From: Synergistaceae bacterium
Lineage (GTDB): Bacteria > Synergistota > Synergistia > Synergistales > 79-D21
Assembly: GCA_029267465.1 (NCBI GenBank)
Contig: JAJUIT010000003.1
Coordinates: 1-40,354 of the forward strand
Reading direction: 5' to 3'
Length of the DNA stretch: 40,354 nucleotides
Shown piece by piece: positions 1 through 8,373 of this stretch. The number at the start of each line of letters is the position of its first letter. Positions within the stretch are counted from its first letter, which is position 1. The translations under genes were made by a program, and so were the position numbers. A model generated the notes under the pieces. That model saw nothing but the letters and a program-made list of their open reading frames with translations. It had not been told where the DNA came from and searched no databases.

Positions 1-63
1 GGCGGCGGGGGCGGCGGCGGTTCTGGAGGCGGCGGAGGCGGCGGGGGCGGCGGCGGCTGGTAA
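1..63 (+). CDS. 3' end of a gene running in from the left edge; Gly-rich C-terminus (DUF2207- or TPM-domain-type membrane protein tail)
   Basis: Frame 1 reads GGGGGGGSGGGGGGGGGGGW then TAA at 61-63. A poly-Gly tail ending in W is typical of DUF2207/TPM proteins. The rest of the gene is outside the window. Confidence 0.6.
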   Translation, partial: GGGGGGGSGGGGGGGGGGGW

Positions 64-141
64 ATTGATCACCTTGGCACCCTGCTCTTGTTGCAGTACC
101 ATAAAACGGTACACCAGAAACCCAACAAGGGAGGGATAACT

Positions 142-327
142 TTGCCAAAGCTGGGCTGGCCGCATCCGGATCACGAGAACCATCTTTGCTATTACCAGAA
201 CATGGGGATGGTGGAAGCCGACCTGGAGAACTACAAGGAATTGGTCAAGGACGGCAAATTCGTCTGCACACACTGCGGACGGGTTGCAAAAGAGGCCAAA
301 AGCCTCTGCAACCCCGTCGCCCTGTAG
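142..327 (+). CDS. Small Cys/His-rich hypothetical protein (61 aa), putative metal binding
   Basis: AAGGGAGGG RBS just upstream of TTG at 142. Product MPKLGWPHPDHENHLC...FVCTHCGRVAKEAKSLCNPVAL has HxxHLC, CxxC and a distal C. Followed by its own terminator. Confidence 0.75.
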   Translation: MPKLGWPHPDHENHLCYYQNMGMVEADLENYKELVKDGKFVCTHCGRVAKEAKSLCNPVAL

Positions 328-349
328 CGTATCGAGCAAGTGAAAGGCA

Positions 350-388
350 AGGGCCGGGGGGCCTAAAGGCCCCCCGGCCCTCTTTTTT
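350..388 (+). terminator. Rho-independent terminator between convergent genes
   Basis: Perfect inverted repeat AGGGCCGGGGGGCCT / AGGCCCCCCGGCCCT followed by CTTTTTT. Confidence 0.9.
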
Positions 389-399
389 GGGAAAAGGAC

Positions 400-2040
400 T
401 CAGACCTTGAAACAGCTCCCGCCGATGAACTCCCTCAGGATCGAATTGTTGGGAACGTCTTCCGCCGGCAGGAAAGGGGCGTAGCGCAACAAGTCCAAAA
501 GCCTCTGGGCTTCGCCGAAAACCGGAGATTCCTCCCGAATCCGCCTGAGCAGGGGCTCGGCATACCCCTTCAGTACGGATAGCTCGTAGACCAGGGCGGA
601 GTTGAACATCGCGTCGGCCCGCTCCTGGTAGGGGAAGATGTGGCGCGCCGCCCCCCGGACCACGGAAGGCCACTGGAGGAGAGTTGCCTCGGGTTTCTTC
701 CCCCTTGTCCGGTAATCCCTGACCAGGCGCCTCAGAAGGCGGTTGTCCGTCGTGCTGGTCCGGTTGTGGCGATCCAGGTTGACCCCGGTGAGCGGAGACA
801 GGTACAGGAGGAATTTTTCAGAATCCGGCACACCAGGTCCCACCTGATCGTTCAAGCCGTGGATCCCCTCGATGATCAGGATTTCTCCGGGTTCTAGAAG
901 CAGATCCGGGCCGCTTTCCCGGGTCCCGTTCAGGAAATCGAAACGGGGAAGGCGCACCGACCGGCCTTCCAGCAGGGTTTCGATGTGCGAATTCAGCAGT
1001 TCCAGGTCCAAAGCCTCGATGGCCTCGAAGTCGTAGTTGCCCTCGGCGTCCCGCGGGGTTTTGCTTCGCTCCAGGAAGTAGTCGTCCATGAAAAGGATTT
1101 TCGTTCTTTTCCCGCATACGGCCAGCTGGATCGACAGTCGATGGGCGGTCGTTGTTTTTCCCGATCCGGAAGGACCCGCGATGCAGACCATCCGGCAGTT
1201 CTGCCTGTACGCCACGGATTCCGCGATCCGGTTCAGGCGCTGAGAGTGAAGAGCCTCCGAGATCAGAACCAGCTCGGTCCCCCTCCCCTGGGCGACCGCC
1301 CGGTGCAGGCCTTCCATGGTGCTGATTCCCAGGATGTCCAGCCAGCCGGCGTATTCGAGGAAGACCTCGGAAAGCTGCTTCGGGGGCTGAAACGGCGGGA
1401 GTCCCGCCGGGGAGGCCACGGTCGGGAAGCGGAGCACCATCCCCGGGGAGTGCAGCACGAGATCGAACACCGCCACGGCGCCCGTCGACTGGGTCAGCGG
1501 GCCGTAGAAAAAGCCGTTCCGGTCCCCGATCCTGTAGGTTTCGACCGGGTCGATGCCGATCCATCTCAACAGTTCCGCCTTCTCCCGGTTTCCCTGCGCT
1601 TCGAAGAGCGTCCTCGCCCTGTCCAGGGAGAGCACTTCCCTCACGATGGGGCGATCGGCCTTCACCAGTTCGCCCATCTCCTGCCGGACCGCCTCGACCT
1701 GTTCCCCTGTCAGTGTCTCCCCCGGAATTTCACAGTAATAACCGTCGCTGAGAGAGTGGCGGACCAGCACTTCCCGTCCAAGCGCATTTCTGCAGGCCAG
1801 AACGAGAAGGAACGTGAGCGTCCTCCGGTAGACTTCCTTTCCCTCGAAGCAGGAGGTATCGACAAACGAAACCGTGCAGTCCTCCGACACCTCCCAGCAA
1901 AGGGGACGAAGGTAGCGGTTGACCCGCCAGGCCACGATGTTGCCCGGTTTCCTCCCGTCCCTCGACAGGACGTCGATACCGTTCAGCGGCCCGTCGCTCT
2001 GAAATGAACCGTTCCCCTCCTCCGTGACCGTGAAGACCAT
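400..2040 (-). CDS. Nucleoside (uridine) kinase family protein with N-terminal threonyl-tRNA-synthetase-like domains
   Basis: 546 aa. Walker A GPSGSGKTT, MDDYF, IIEGIHGLN, RLLRRLVRD..RG and C-terminal SILREFIGGS. N-terminal TGS/ThrRS-like region. GGAGG RBS upstream. Confidence 0.9.
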   Translation of the reverse strand: MVFTVTEEGNGSFQSDGPLNGIDVLSRDGRKPGNIVAWRVNRYLRPLCWEVSEDCTVSFVDTSCFEGKEVYRRTLTFLLVLACRNALGREVLVRHSLSDGYYCEIPGETLTGEQVEAVRQEMGELVKADRPIVREVLSLDRARTLFEAQGNREKAELLRWIGIDPVETYRIGDRNGFFYGPLTQSTGAVAVFDLVLHSPGMVLRFPTVASPAGLPPFQPPKQLSEVFLEYAGWLDILGISTMEGLHRAVAQGRGTELVLISEALHSQRLNRIAESVAYRQNCRMVCIAGPSGSGKTTTAHRLSIQLAVCGKRTKILFMDDYFLERSKTPRDAEGNYDFEAIEALDLELLNSHIETLLEGRSVRLPRFDFLNGTRESGPDLLLEPGEILIIEGIHGLNDQVGPGVPDSEKFLLYLSPLTGVNLDRHNRTSTTDNRLLRRLVRDYRTRGKKPEATLLQWPSVVRGAARHIFPYQERADAMFNSALVYELSVLKGYAEPLLRRIREESPVFGEAQRLLDLLRYAPFLPAEDVPNNSILREFIGGSCFKV

Positions 2041-2052
2041 CTGCCCGCCTCC

Positions 2053-3630
2053 TCAGAACTGAAAATCGAGGACGTACCGGTAGGGCTTTTCCAGCTGGAA
2101 ATGCCGGACACTTTTCGCCGTGTGGGAAAACCTCAGCACCGCCTGGCCTGCCGATTCCACCAGGACCACCGAGACTTCCTTCCCGTAGGGGGAAGGCAGG
2201 CCAGGGAGCGTGGCGGCCGGCAAGGCCCCGAAAGAAAGCTCAACCAAGCCGGGCTTCACCAGGACCCTAGGTTCCGAAACCCGGTCGAGGTCCACGACAG
2301 CGCGGATTTTCCTGCCGTCCTTGTTCCATCGGACAGCGGTGATCCGAGCCGCCGCTGGAACGGCGGATTGCGCCGTTGAGGGAGGAACCGGCCTGACGTC
2401 CGCCGATGCCGGTTTGACAGGAACGGGGTCCGGTTTTGCAGGCTGGGAGGGTTCTCCCGCCGACTGGGGTGCCATGTCCGGGGAAACCGGCTTGATGGCG
2501 ATGGGAACCGGTTTCAGCGGTTGGGGACTTCCGCCCGCCGACTGGGGAGCATTGTCTGCCGAAAGAACCGCTGTTTCAGCCCCGCTGGGCGGGGCGGACG
2601 GCTCGGAGGGCTTCTTTTCCGTGGCCGGGGCAGCCACCAGTACGGGCAGCTCGCCCGGGTCCCCGGTTTCCACCGTGAGCTCCGGGATTCCCGCCCACTC
2701 GTGGAACGAGGCATCATAATTCCTCACGTTCCCGTATCCAAGCATCAAAAGGACCCAGGTCACGTAGGCCGACCGAACCCCGGCCGTGTCGTAAACGATG
2801 ATCTCGTCTTCCGGCGCCAGATTAGCTTTCCCGAAAAGGGCCCTCAGGTCCTCGTCAGGCAAAAGGAGACCGTCCCGGCCAATCAGGTTGTTGTAGGGAA
2901 CGAGGATCGCCCCCGGGAGATGCCCTCCCCTCTTCTCGCTGAAGTACCTGGCCCCCTTGTACTCTTCGAGGGTCCGGACATCGAGCAGCTTCGCAGACCC
3001 CATTCGTTCGCGAATGTGCTCGACCGTCGCCAGCAGATCGTTCCGGAAGGATTTCAGCACGAAGTTCGCCGGGCGCGGCTTGGGATACTCCTTCGTCACC
3101 GGAAGGCCCGCGGACCGCCAGGCGGGCCATCCGCCATCGAGGACGCGGACTCCCGTCACGCCCGCCATTCGAAGCGCGAGAGCGACAAAACCTTCCTGGC
3201 CCCAACTTCCAGGCTCACCGTAGACGATGACCGGGCGGTTTCCGTCGATCCCCAGGGCCCCGATTCGCGCCGCCAGGGATTTGGGCGCCAGAATCGTCGC
3301 CCAGCCACGGCTTCCGGGAAGGCCTTTCATCGAGCAGAAAGACTGCCACTCCGCGTTCACCGCCCCTGGAATGTGCCCGCCGCTGTAGAGAGAAGCGGGA
3401 CGGGCGTCGAGAAGCACGACCCCCCGCGTGTTGTCCCTGAGCCAATCCACGGAGACAAAAAAGGCTTCCCGCCCCGTTGCCCCTCCGGGCAGCTTCGCGG
3501 CGGGTGCCTTGGCATTCGCCGCAGCCTTCGGGGAAACCGACTTGGCAGGGGCCGCGAAGCAACTTCCTCCAAAAGCCAGGACAAGCGAAAGGGACAGCAG
3601 CAACGGTATCGCCTTCATCTTCCACTTCAA
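2053..3630 (-). CDS. Exported tandem-rhodanese (sulfurtransferase-like) protein with Pro/Ala linker and C-terminal AMIN-like domain
   Basis: AAGGAGGG RBS before TTG. Signal peptide (MKWKMKAIPLLLSLSLVLAFGGSCFA). Two rhodanese repeats (LLDAR..Y.GGHIPGA; LLDVRT.EEY..GHLPGA; NYDASFHEW). C-terminal ITAVRW...RAVVDL...FQLEKPYRYVLDF resembles AMIN. Confidence 0.8.
   Translation of the reverse strand: MKWKMKAIPLLLSLSLVLAFGGSCFAAPAKSVSPKAAANAKAPAAKLPGGATGREAFFVSVDWLRDNTRGVVLLDARPASLYSGGHIPGAVNAEWQSFCSMKGLPGSRGWATILAPKSLAARIGALGIDGNRPVIVYGEPGSWGQEGFVALALRMAGVTGVRVLDGGWPAWRSAGLPVTKEYPKPRPANFVLKSFRNDLLATVEHIRERMGSAKLLDVRTLEEYKGARYFSEKRGGHLPGAILVPYNNLIGRDGLLLPDEDLRALFGKANLAPEDEIIVYDTAGVRSAYVTWVLLMLGYGNVRNYDASFHEWAGIPELTVETGDPGELPVLVAAPATEKKPSEPSAPPSGAETAVLSADNAPQSAGGSPQPLKPVPIAIKPVSPDMAPQSAGEPSQPAKPDPVPVKPASADVRPVPPSTAQSAVPAAARITAVRWNKDGRKIRAVVDLDRVSEPRVLVKPGLVELSFGALPAATLPGLPSPYGKEVSVVLVESAGQAVLRFSHTAKSVRHFQLEKPYRYVLDFQF
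2405..2560 (-). repeat. Degenerate ~78-bp (26-aa) tandem duplication in the Pro/Ala linker
   Basis: CGACTGGGG recurs at 2461 and 2539. Protein APQSAGGSPQPLKPVP / APQSAGEPSQPAKPDP. Boundaries approximate. Confidence 0.7.
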
Positions 3631-3672
3631 AGGGGAACCCTCCTTCGGGTTGGTTTCTCGAACCGGCTTTTT

Positions 3673-3700
3673 ATCATATACCGTGCCCCACGCAGGTCAA
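3673..3700 (-). promoter_or_regulatory. Putative sigma70 promoter for the rhodanese-kinase unit
   Basis: On the - strand TTGACC-16 bp-TATGAT, about 40 bp upstream of the TTG start. Confidence 0.6.
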
Positions 3701-3869
3701 ACAAGGGCCATTTTACGGATGCGCAAACCGGAGGAGGGGCGGCGGTCTGAACAGTAGACCACCAAGGTGCATTTTGGTTCGACATTTTTTGCCTGTTTTC
3801 GCCCAATTGAGGCCAAATTATCCCGAATTGACTGCCCAATATCTTAATATTCAGACACCCCAAAGCCCC

Positions 3870-3898
3870 TTGCGTGCTCTTCCTGTTCAAGGTATAAG
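3870..3898 (+). promoter_or_regulatory. Putative sigma70 promoter for the GntR-headed operon
   Basis: TTGCGT-17 bp-TATAAG, about 30 bp upstream of ATG 3931. Confidence 0.55.
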
Positions 3899-3930
3899 TG
3901 CACTGGGCGGTCCACGCAAGGAGGAATCCC

Positions 3931-4632
3931 ATGGAAACCAAAAAAGTCAAGCCGACCCGGATCTACGAAAAGGTCGTAGAGGAGCTCAAGGATCTGATCT
4001 CTCGGGGTGAGCTGAAGCCCGGAGATCCGCTTCCGCCGGAACGGCAAATGATGGAAGACCTCGGCGTTAGCCGCAGCTCGCTGAGGGAAGCGTTCCGCGT
4101 CCTGGAGCTGATCGGCCTCATCGAGAGCGTTCCCGGAAAGGGGCGTTTCGTCAGGAGGCCCGTGACCGAGACCGGAGAATCCCGCAACATCCCGCTGGAA
4201 GGAGCCGCCGTGCTTGAGCTGATGGAGGCCCGGCGGATCATCGACCCCGCTATCGCCGCGGAAGCCGCGAAGCGTGCCCTGCCCTCCGACCTCACGAAGC
4301 TCCGCCGCATCCTTTCAAGAACGGAGCAGAACCTGGAATCGACGAGCCACCGCGCCCAGAACGACTTCGACTTCCACCTTGCCCTTGCCGAGGCAACCCA
4401 CAACTTTATCTTCGTCAACATCGTCAAGATGACCTTCAATCTCATCATGGCAGCCCACGACCGGATATACAGCCGCCTGACGGACAAGCAGGCGTTCCTC
4501 AAGGAACATACCGGGCTTTACACCGCCATCGTTGACCACGACGCGAAGCTGGCGGGAAAAATCGCGGGAACCCACATCGAGCGGGTCTACCACACCCTGC
4601 AGGAAAGCATCTCCCTGGAAGACCGGGGATGA
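3931..4632 (+). CDS. FadR/GntR family transcriptional regulator
   Basis: AAGGAGG RBS, ATG 3931. wHTH (LKPGDPLPPER..LGVSRSSLREA..LI...GKGRFV) plus FCD domain (DFDFHLALAEATHN). Confidence 0.95.
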   Translation: METKKVKPTRIYEKVVEELKDLISRGELKPGDPLPPERQMMEDLGVSRSSLREAFRVLELIGLIESVPGKGRFVRRPVTETGESRNIPLEGAAVLELMEARRIIDPAIAAEAAKRALPSDLTKLRRILSRTEQNLESTSHRAQNDFDFHLALAEATHNFIFVNIVKMTFNLIMAAHDRIYSRLTDKQAFLKEHTGLYTAIVDHDAKLAGKIAGTHIERVYHTLQESISLEDRG

Positions 4633-4674
4633 TCTGGCGAACCGAACCAAACAATGTCAAGGGAGGGAAGAAAC

Positions 4675-5232
4675 ATGAGAGAGAAAATCGTGGAGCTGCT
4701 GCCGGAAATCAACTGGATCACGGATCCGAAGCTGCGTGAGCAGGTCATCGACACGTACGTGGATGCCCTGAAAACCGGCGGCTGGGAGCCGGAGGACATG
4801 GCCAAAATCCCCTTCACGCTCCTGATCCCCAACTGCCCCGCTTCCTACCTGACCCACACGAGGGGCGTGACGCGCGTCTGCAAGAGAGTCTACGAGGAGT
4901 TCAACGCGCTTTACAAGGACGAGGGCGGCTTCCAGCTGGACCATGACAAGCTCATGGCCGGAGCGATCCTTCACGACGTGGGCAAGCTCGTCGAGTACGA
5001 GAAAGCTCCCGACGGCTCAACGGTCAAATCACAGATGGGCAAGGACCTCCGCCATCCCTTCTCCGGAACCGTGCTGGCCCTTCGCAACGGCATTTCCACC
5101 GAGATCGGCCACATTATCGCCAATCACGCCCACGAGGGTGACGGAACCCTCCGGAGCCCGGAGGGCGTCGTTGTCAACAAGGCCGACTTTGTGAACTTCG
5201 AAACCATCAAGTCGTTTTTGGGCATGAAGTAG
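4675..5232 (+). CDS. HD-domain (HDIG-type) metal-dependent phosphohydrolase
   Basis: GGGAGGG RBS, ATG 4675. Motifs HTRGV, ILHDVGK, RHPFSG, IANH, KAD. Confidence 0.9.
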   Translation: MREKIVELLPEINWITDPKLREQVIDTYVDALKTGGWEPEDMAKIPFTLLIPNCPASYLTHTRGVTRVCKRVYEEFNALYKDEGGFQLDHDKLMAGAILHDVGKLVEYEKAPDGSTVKSQMGKDLRHPFSGTVLALRNGISTEIGHIIANHAHEGDGTLRSPEGVVVNKADFVNFETIKSFLGMK

Positions 5233-5266
5233 GCTGTTCACAAACTTTCACGGGAGGTGCAACGCC

Positions 5267-6544
5267 ATGGGCAAGACGATGATCCAAAAGATCATCCAGA
5301 GGGCTTCCGGCAAGGAAGTCCAGGTAGGCGACCGGGTCTGGTGCAAGATCGACCTTTCCACGGCCCGGGATTTCGGGGGTCCCAACTGCGTCCTGCAGTT
5401 TGACGAAGTGACCGAAAAGGGGAAGGTCTGGGACCCCGACAAGATCGCCTTCACCTTTGACCTTCAGGCCCCAGCTCACGCCGAAAAGGTGGCCAACAAC
5501 CAGAAGATCATCCGGGATTTCGCCAAGCGCCAGGGCATCACGAAGGTGTTCGACGTCAACTGGGGAATCGGGCAGCACGTTCTTCTCGAGAACGGCCTCG
5601 TGAAACCCGGTGACGTCATCCTCGGGACCGACAGCCACATGAACCTGCTGGGCGGGGTCGGGGCATTCGCGACGGGCGTTGGCAACACCGACATCGTGGC
5701 CTCCTGGATCAACGGGACCCTTTGGTTCCGAGTTCCGGAAACGATGAAGATCACGGTCAACGGTTCCTTCGCCAGGGGAGTCTGCATGAGGGATTTCCTC
5801 ACCTTCCTCGTGGGCAAGCTGGGTGCTGACGGCATGTTCTTCAAGGCCGTGGAGTTCTACGGCGAAACCATCGAGAAGAGCTCCCTGGCGGACCGGATCA
5901 CCCTTTGCTCCATGGTCACCGAGATGAGCGGCAAGGTGGGACTCATCATGCCGAACGGGGAAGTCCTGGACTGGCTGGTCAAGCGGGCCGGAACGGAAGT
6001 CCTGGACCGCGTGCAGACGTTGAAGGCCGATCCGGATGCCGTTTACAGCGAAGATCTCCACTTCGACGTGACCGGTCTCGAACCGATGGCCTCCTGTCCC
6101 GATGCGCCGGACAACGTGAAGACGGTGCGTGAAGCCGCGGGAGCCCACATCGACCAGGTTCACATTGGTTCCTGCTCCAACGGCCGGTTCGAGGACATCG
6201 CGGCGGCTTTCGAAGTCTTGAAAGCGGCGAACTTCCAGATTAGCGACAGTGTCCGGACCATCATTACCCCGAGCACCCGGGAAGTCATGAAACAGTGCGC
6301 CGAGGCGGGATTCATCCAGAAGTTCCTCGAGGCGGGAGTCATCTTCACGAACCCGACCTGCAGCCTCTGCACGGCGGAACACTACGGCGTGCTTCCGGGA
6401 GGCGACGTGGGCGTTTCCACCACGAACCGGAACTTCATCGGCAAGGTAGGCAAGGGAAGCCACACCTACCTCGTGAGCCCCATGACGGCGATGGCCTCCG
6501 CGGTGAAGGGCGTTCTCACCGACCCGCGGGACATCCTGAAATAG
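5267..6544 (+). CDS. LeuC/homoaconitase-type Fe-S hydro-lyase large subunit, copy 1 (divergent active site)
   Basis: GTDSH, IGSCSNGR, PTCSLC (three cluster Cys), STTNRNFIG, YLVSP. GGGAGG RBS. Confidence 0.9.
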   Translation: MGKTMIQKIIQRASGKEVQVGDRVWCKIDLSTARDFGGPNCVLQFDEVTEKGKVWDPDKIAFTFDLQAPAHAEKVANNQKIIRDFAKRQGITKVFDVNWGIGQHVLLENGLVKPGDVILGTDSHMNLLGGVGAFATGVGNTDIVASWINGTLWFRVPETMKITVNGSFARGVCMRDFLTFLVGKLGADGMFFKAVEFYGETIEKSSLADRITLCSMVTEMSGKVGLIMPNGEVLDWLVKRAGTEVLDRVQTLKADPDAVYSEDLHFDVTGLEPMASCPDAPDNVKTVREAAGAHIDQVHIGSCSNGRFEDIAAAFEVLKAANFQISDSVRTIITPSTREVMKQCAEAGFIQKFLEAGVIFTNPTCSLCTAEHYGVLPGGDVGVSTTNRNFIGKVGKGSHTYLVSPMTAMASAVKGVLTDPRDILK

Positions 6545-6571
6545 GCGACTGGTTTTAAGGAGGGACAGACC

Positions 6572-7099
6572 ATGGAACAGAACGTCCTGCGCGGAAAGGC
6601 CTGGGTCTTCACCGATGACGTCGACACGGACCTGATTTACCACAACAAGTACCTGGCCGAAACCGACCCCAAAAAGATGGCCCAGTACTCGTTCGAGTAC
6701 TATCCCGGCAAGGAGAAGTTCGCCAAGGAGGCCAAGCCCGGCGACTTCGTCGTGGCGGGCCGCAATTTCGGAACGGGCTCCAGCCGCGAACACGCGGTTT
6801 ACTGCCTCAAGGAACTGGGAATCCCGGTCGTCCTGGCGGAATCCTTCGCCCGGATCTACTACCGCAACGCCATCAACAACGGCTACCCTGTTCTTTTCGT
6901 CAAAGGCCTGAGCGACGCGATCAAGGAAGGCAAAGTCAAGGACGGGGACGAACTGGAAGTGAACATCGCAACCGGCGAGATCAAGGACCTGACCAACGGC
7001 AACACCTTCCACGGAGACGCGGTCACGGACCTTGAAAAGGACATCATGGCCAGCGGCGGCCTGATCGAGTACCTCAAGGCCCAGGCGGCCAAGAAGTAG
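6572..7099 (+). CDS. LeuD-type hydro-lyase small subunit, copy 1
   Basis: DDVDTDLI, AGRNFGTGSSREHA, SFARIYYRNAINNG, GGLI. AAGGAGGG RBS. Confidence 0.93.
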   Translation: MEQNVLRGKAWVFTDDVDTDLIYHNKYLAETDPKKMAQYSFEYYPGKEKFAKEAKPGDFVVAGRNFGTGSSREHAVYCLKELGIPVVLAESFARIYYRNAINNGYPVLFVKGLSDAIKEGKVKDGDELEVNIATGEIKDLTNGNTFHGDAVTDLEKDIMASGGLIEYLKAQAAKK

Positions 7100-7114
7100 G
7101 GAGGGGAAGGACTC

Positions 7115-8371
7115 ATGGGCATGACGTTTGCTGAGAAGGTTCTCGGCAAGGCAGCGGGCTACGCGGTCAAGGCGGGAGACGTCGTCACGGTTGAACCCCA
7201 TTTTTGCATGAGTCACGACAACGCAGCCCCCATCGCCAAGACGTTCAAGAAGATCGGGGTTCCCAAGGTCTGGAAACCGGATCACCTGGTCTTCATCCTG
7301 GATCACGCGATTCCGGCGCCGACGGACGAGCACGCCGTAAACCACAAGGAGATCCGGGAGTTCGTCGAGGAACAGGGCATCCCCCACTTCTTCGACGTCA
7401 CCAGCAAGGGAGGCGTCTGCCACCAGAAGATGTGCGAGGAAGGGTTTGCGCTGCCCGGTCTCATCATCATCGGCAGCGACAGCCACACCTGCACCTACGG
7501 GGCCTACGGGGCCTTCTCGACCGGGATCGGCCGCAGCGAGATGGCCGCGGCCTGGGCCACCGGCAAGATCTGGTTCCGGGTTCCCGAATCCCTCAAGATC
7601 ACCGTGAAGGGCAAGTTCAACAAGGGCGTTTCGGCCAAGGACCTGATCCTGAAGATCATCGGCGACATCAAGGCTGACGGCGCGGACTACATGTCCGTCG
7701 AATTCCACGGCCCGGCGATTTCCGAGATGAGCCTCGCCGAAAGGATGACCCTATGCAACATGGGCATCGAGATGGGCGCGAAGAACGCCGTCTGCCCCCC
7801 GGACGAAAAGGTCCTGGAGGCCATCAGGGGAATCGAGAAGACGAATGAATGGGAAGCGATCTGGGCCGACGAGGACGCCGTATACGCCAAGGAGCTGACT
7901 TACGACCTGGGCGAACTGGTCCCCTGCGTCGCGAAGCCCCACACCGTCGACAATTACGCCTCGATCGACGAAGTGAAGGGGACGAAGATCCACCAGGCGT
8001 TTTTGGGCAGCTGCACCAACGCCCGGATCGAGGACCTGCGCCTGGCCGCGGAAATCCTGAAGGGGAAGGAAGTGGCGGTCCGGACCATCGTCATCCCGGC
8101 CTCCTGGAGGGTCTACCGCCAAGCCCTCGACGAGGGCTTGCTCGAAACCTTCCTTGATGCCGGCTGCGTCATCACGAACCCCGGCTGCGGCCCCTGCATG
8201 GGCAACCACGAGGGCATCCTGGCCCCGGGTGAAGCCTGCATCTCGACTGCCAACCGCAACTTCAAGGGACGCATGGGGAACAAGGACAGCTTCATCTACC
8301 TGGCCAGCCCCATGACCGTCGCCGCCTCCGCCCTGAAGGGCGAGATCGCCGACCCGCGGGAGGTGCTGTAA
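7115..8371 (+). CDS. LeuC/homoaconitase-type Fe-S hydro-lyase large subunit, copy 2 (canonical motifs)
   Basis: MSHDN, LDH, GVCHQ, GSDSHTCTYGA, GSCTNAR, PGCGPCMG, STANRNFKGRMG. Confidence 0.95.
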   Translation: MGMTFAEKVLGKAAGYAVKAGDVVTVEPHFCMSHDNAAPIAKTFKKIGVPKVWKPDHLVFILDHAIPAPTDEHAVNHKEIREFVEEQGIPHFFDVTSKGGVCHQKMCEEGFALPGLIIIGSDSHTCTYGAYGAFSTGIGRSEMAAAWATGKIWFRVPESLKITVKGKFNKGVSAKDLILKIIGDIKADGADYMSVEFHGPAISEMSLAERMTLCNMGIEMGAKNAVCPPDEKVLEAIRGIEKTNEWEAIWADEDAVYAKELTYDLGELVPCVAKPHTVDNYASIDEVKGTKIHQAFLGSCTNARIEDLRLAAEILKGKEVAVRTIVIPASWRVYRQALDEGLLETFLDAGCVITNPGCGPCMGNHEGILAPGEACISTANRNFKGRMGNKDSFIYLASPMTVAASALKGEIADPREVL

Positions 8372-8373
8372 CC

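Noticed and set aside
1-57. GGC-rich simple repeat as a possible microsatellite or contingency locus
   Set aside because: It is the in-frame poly-Gly tail of the upstream gene, with mixed synonymous codons.
96-112. GTACC-N7-GGTAC palindrome upstream of the microprotein
   Set aside because: Only 5-bp arms, a single occurrence, and no match to an operator I can name.
5207-7708. 833-aa ORF on the - strand, and similar long antisense ORFs (e.g. 9987-11636, 11398-13053, 27340-29430, 2521-3750)
   Set aside because: They lie opposite well-supported genes and have no recognisable motifs. They are expected shadows of high GC and strong codon bias.
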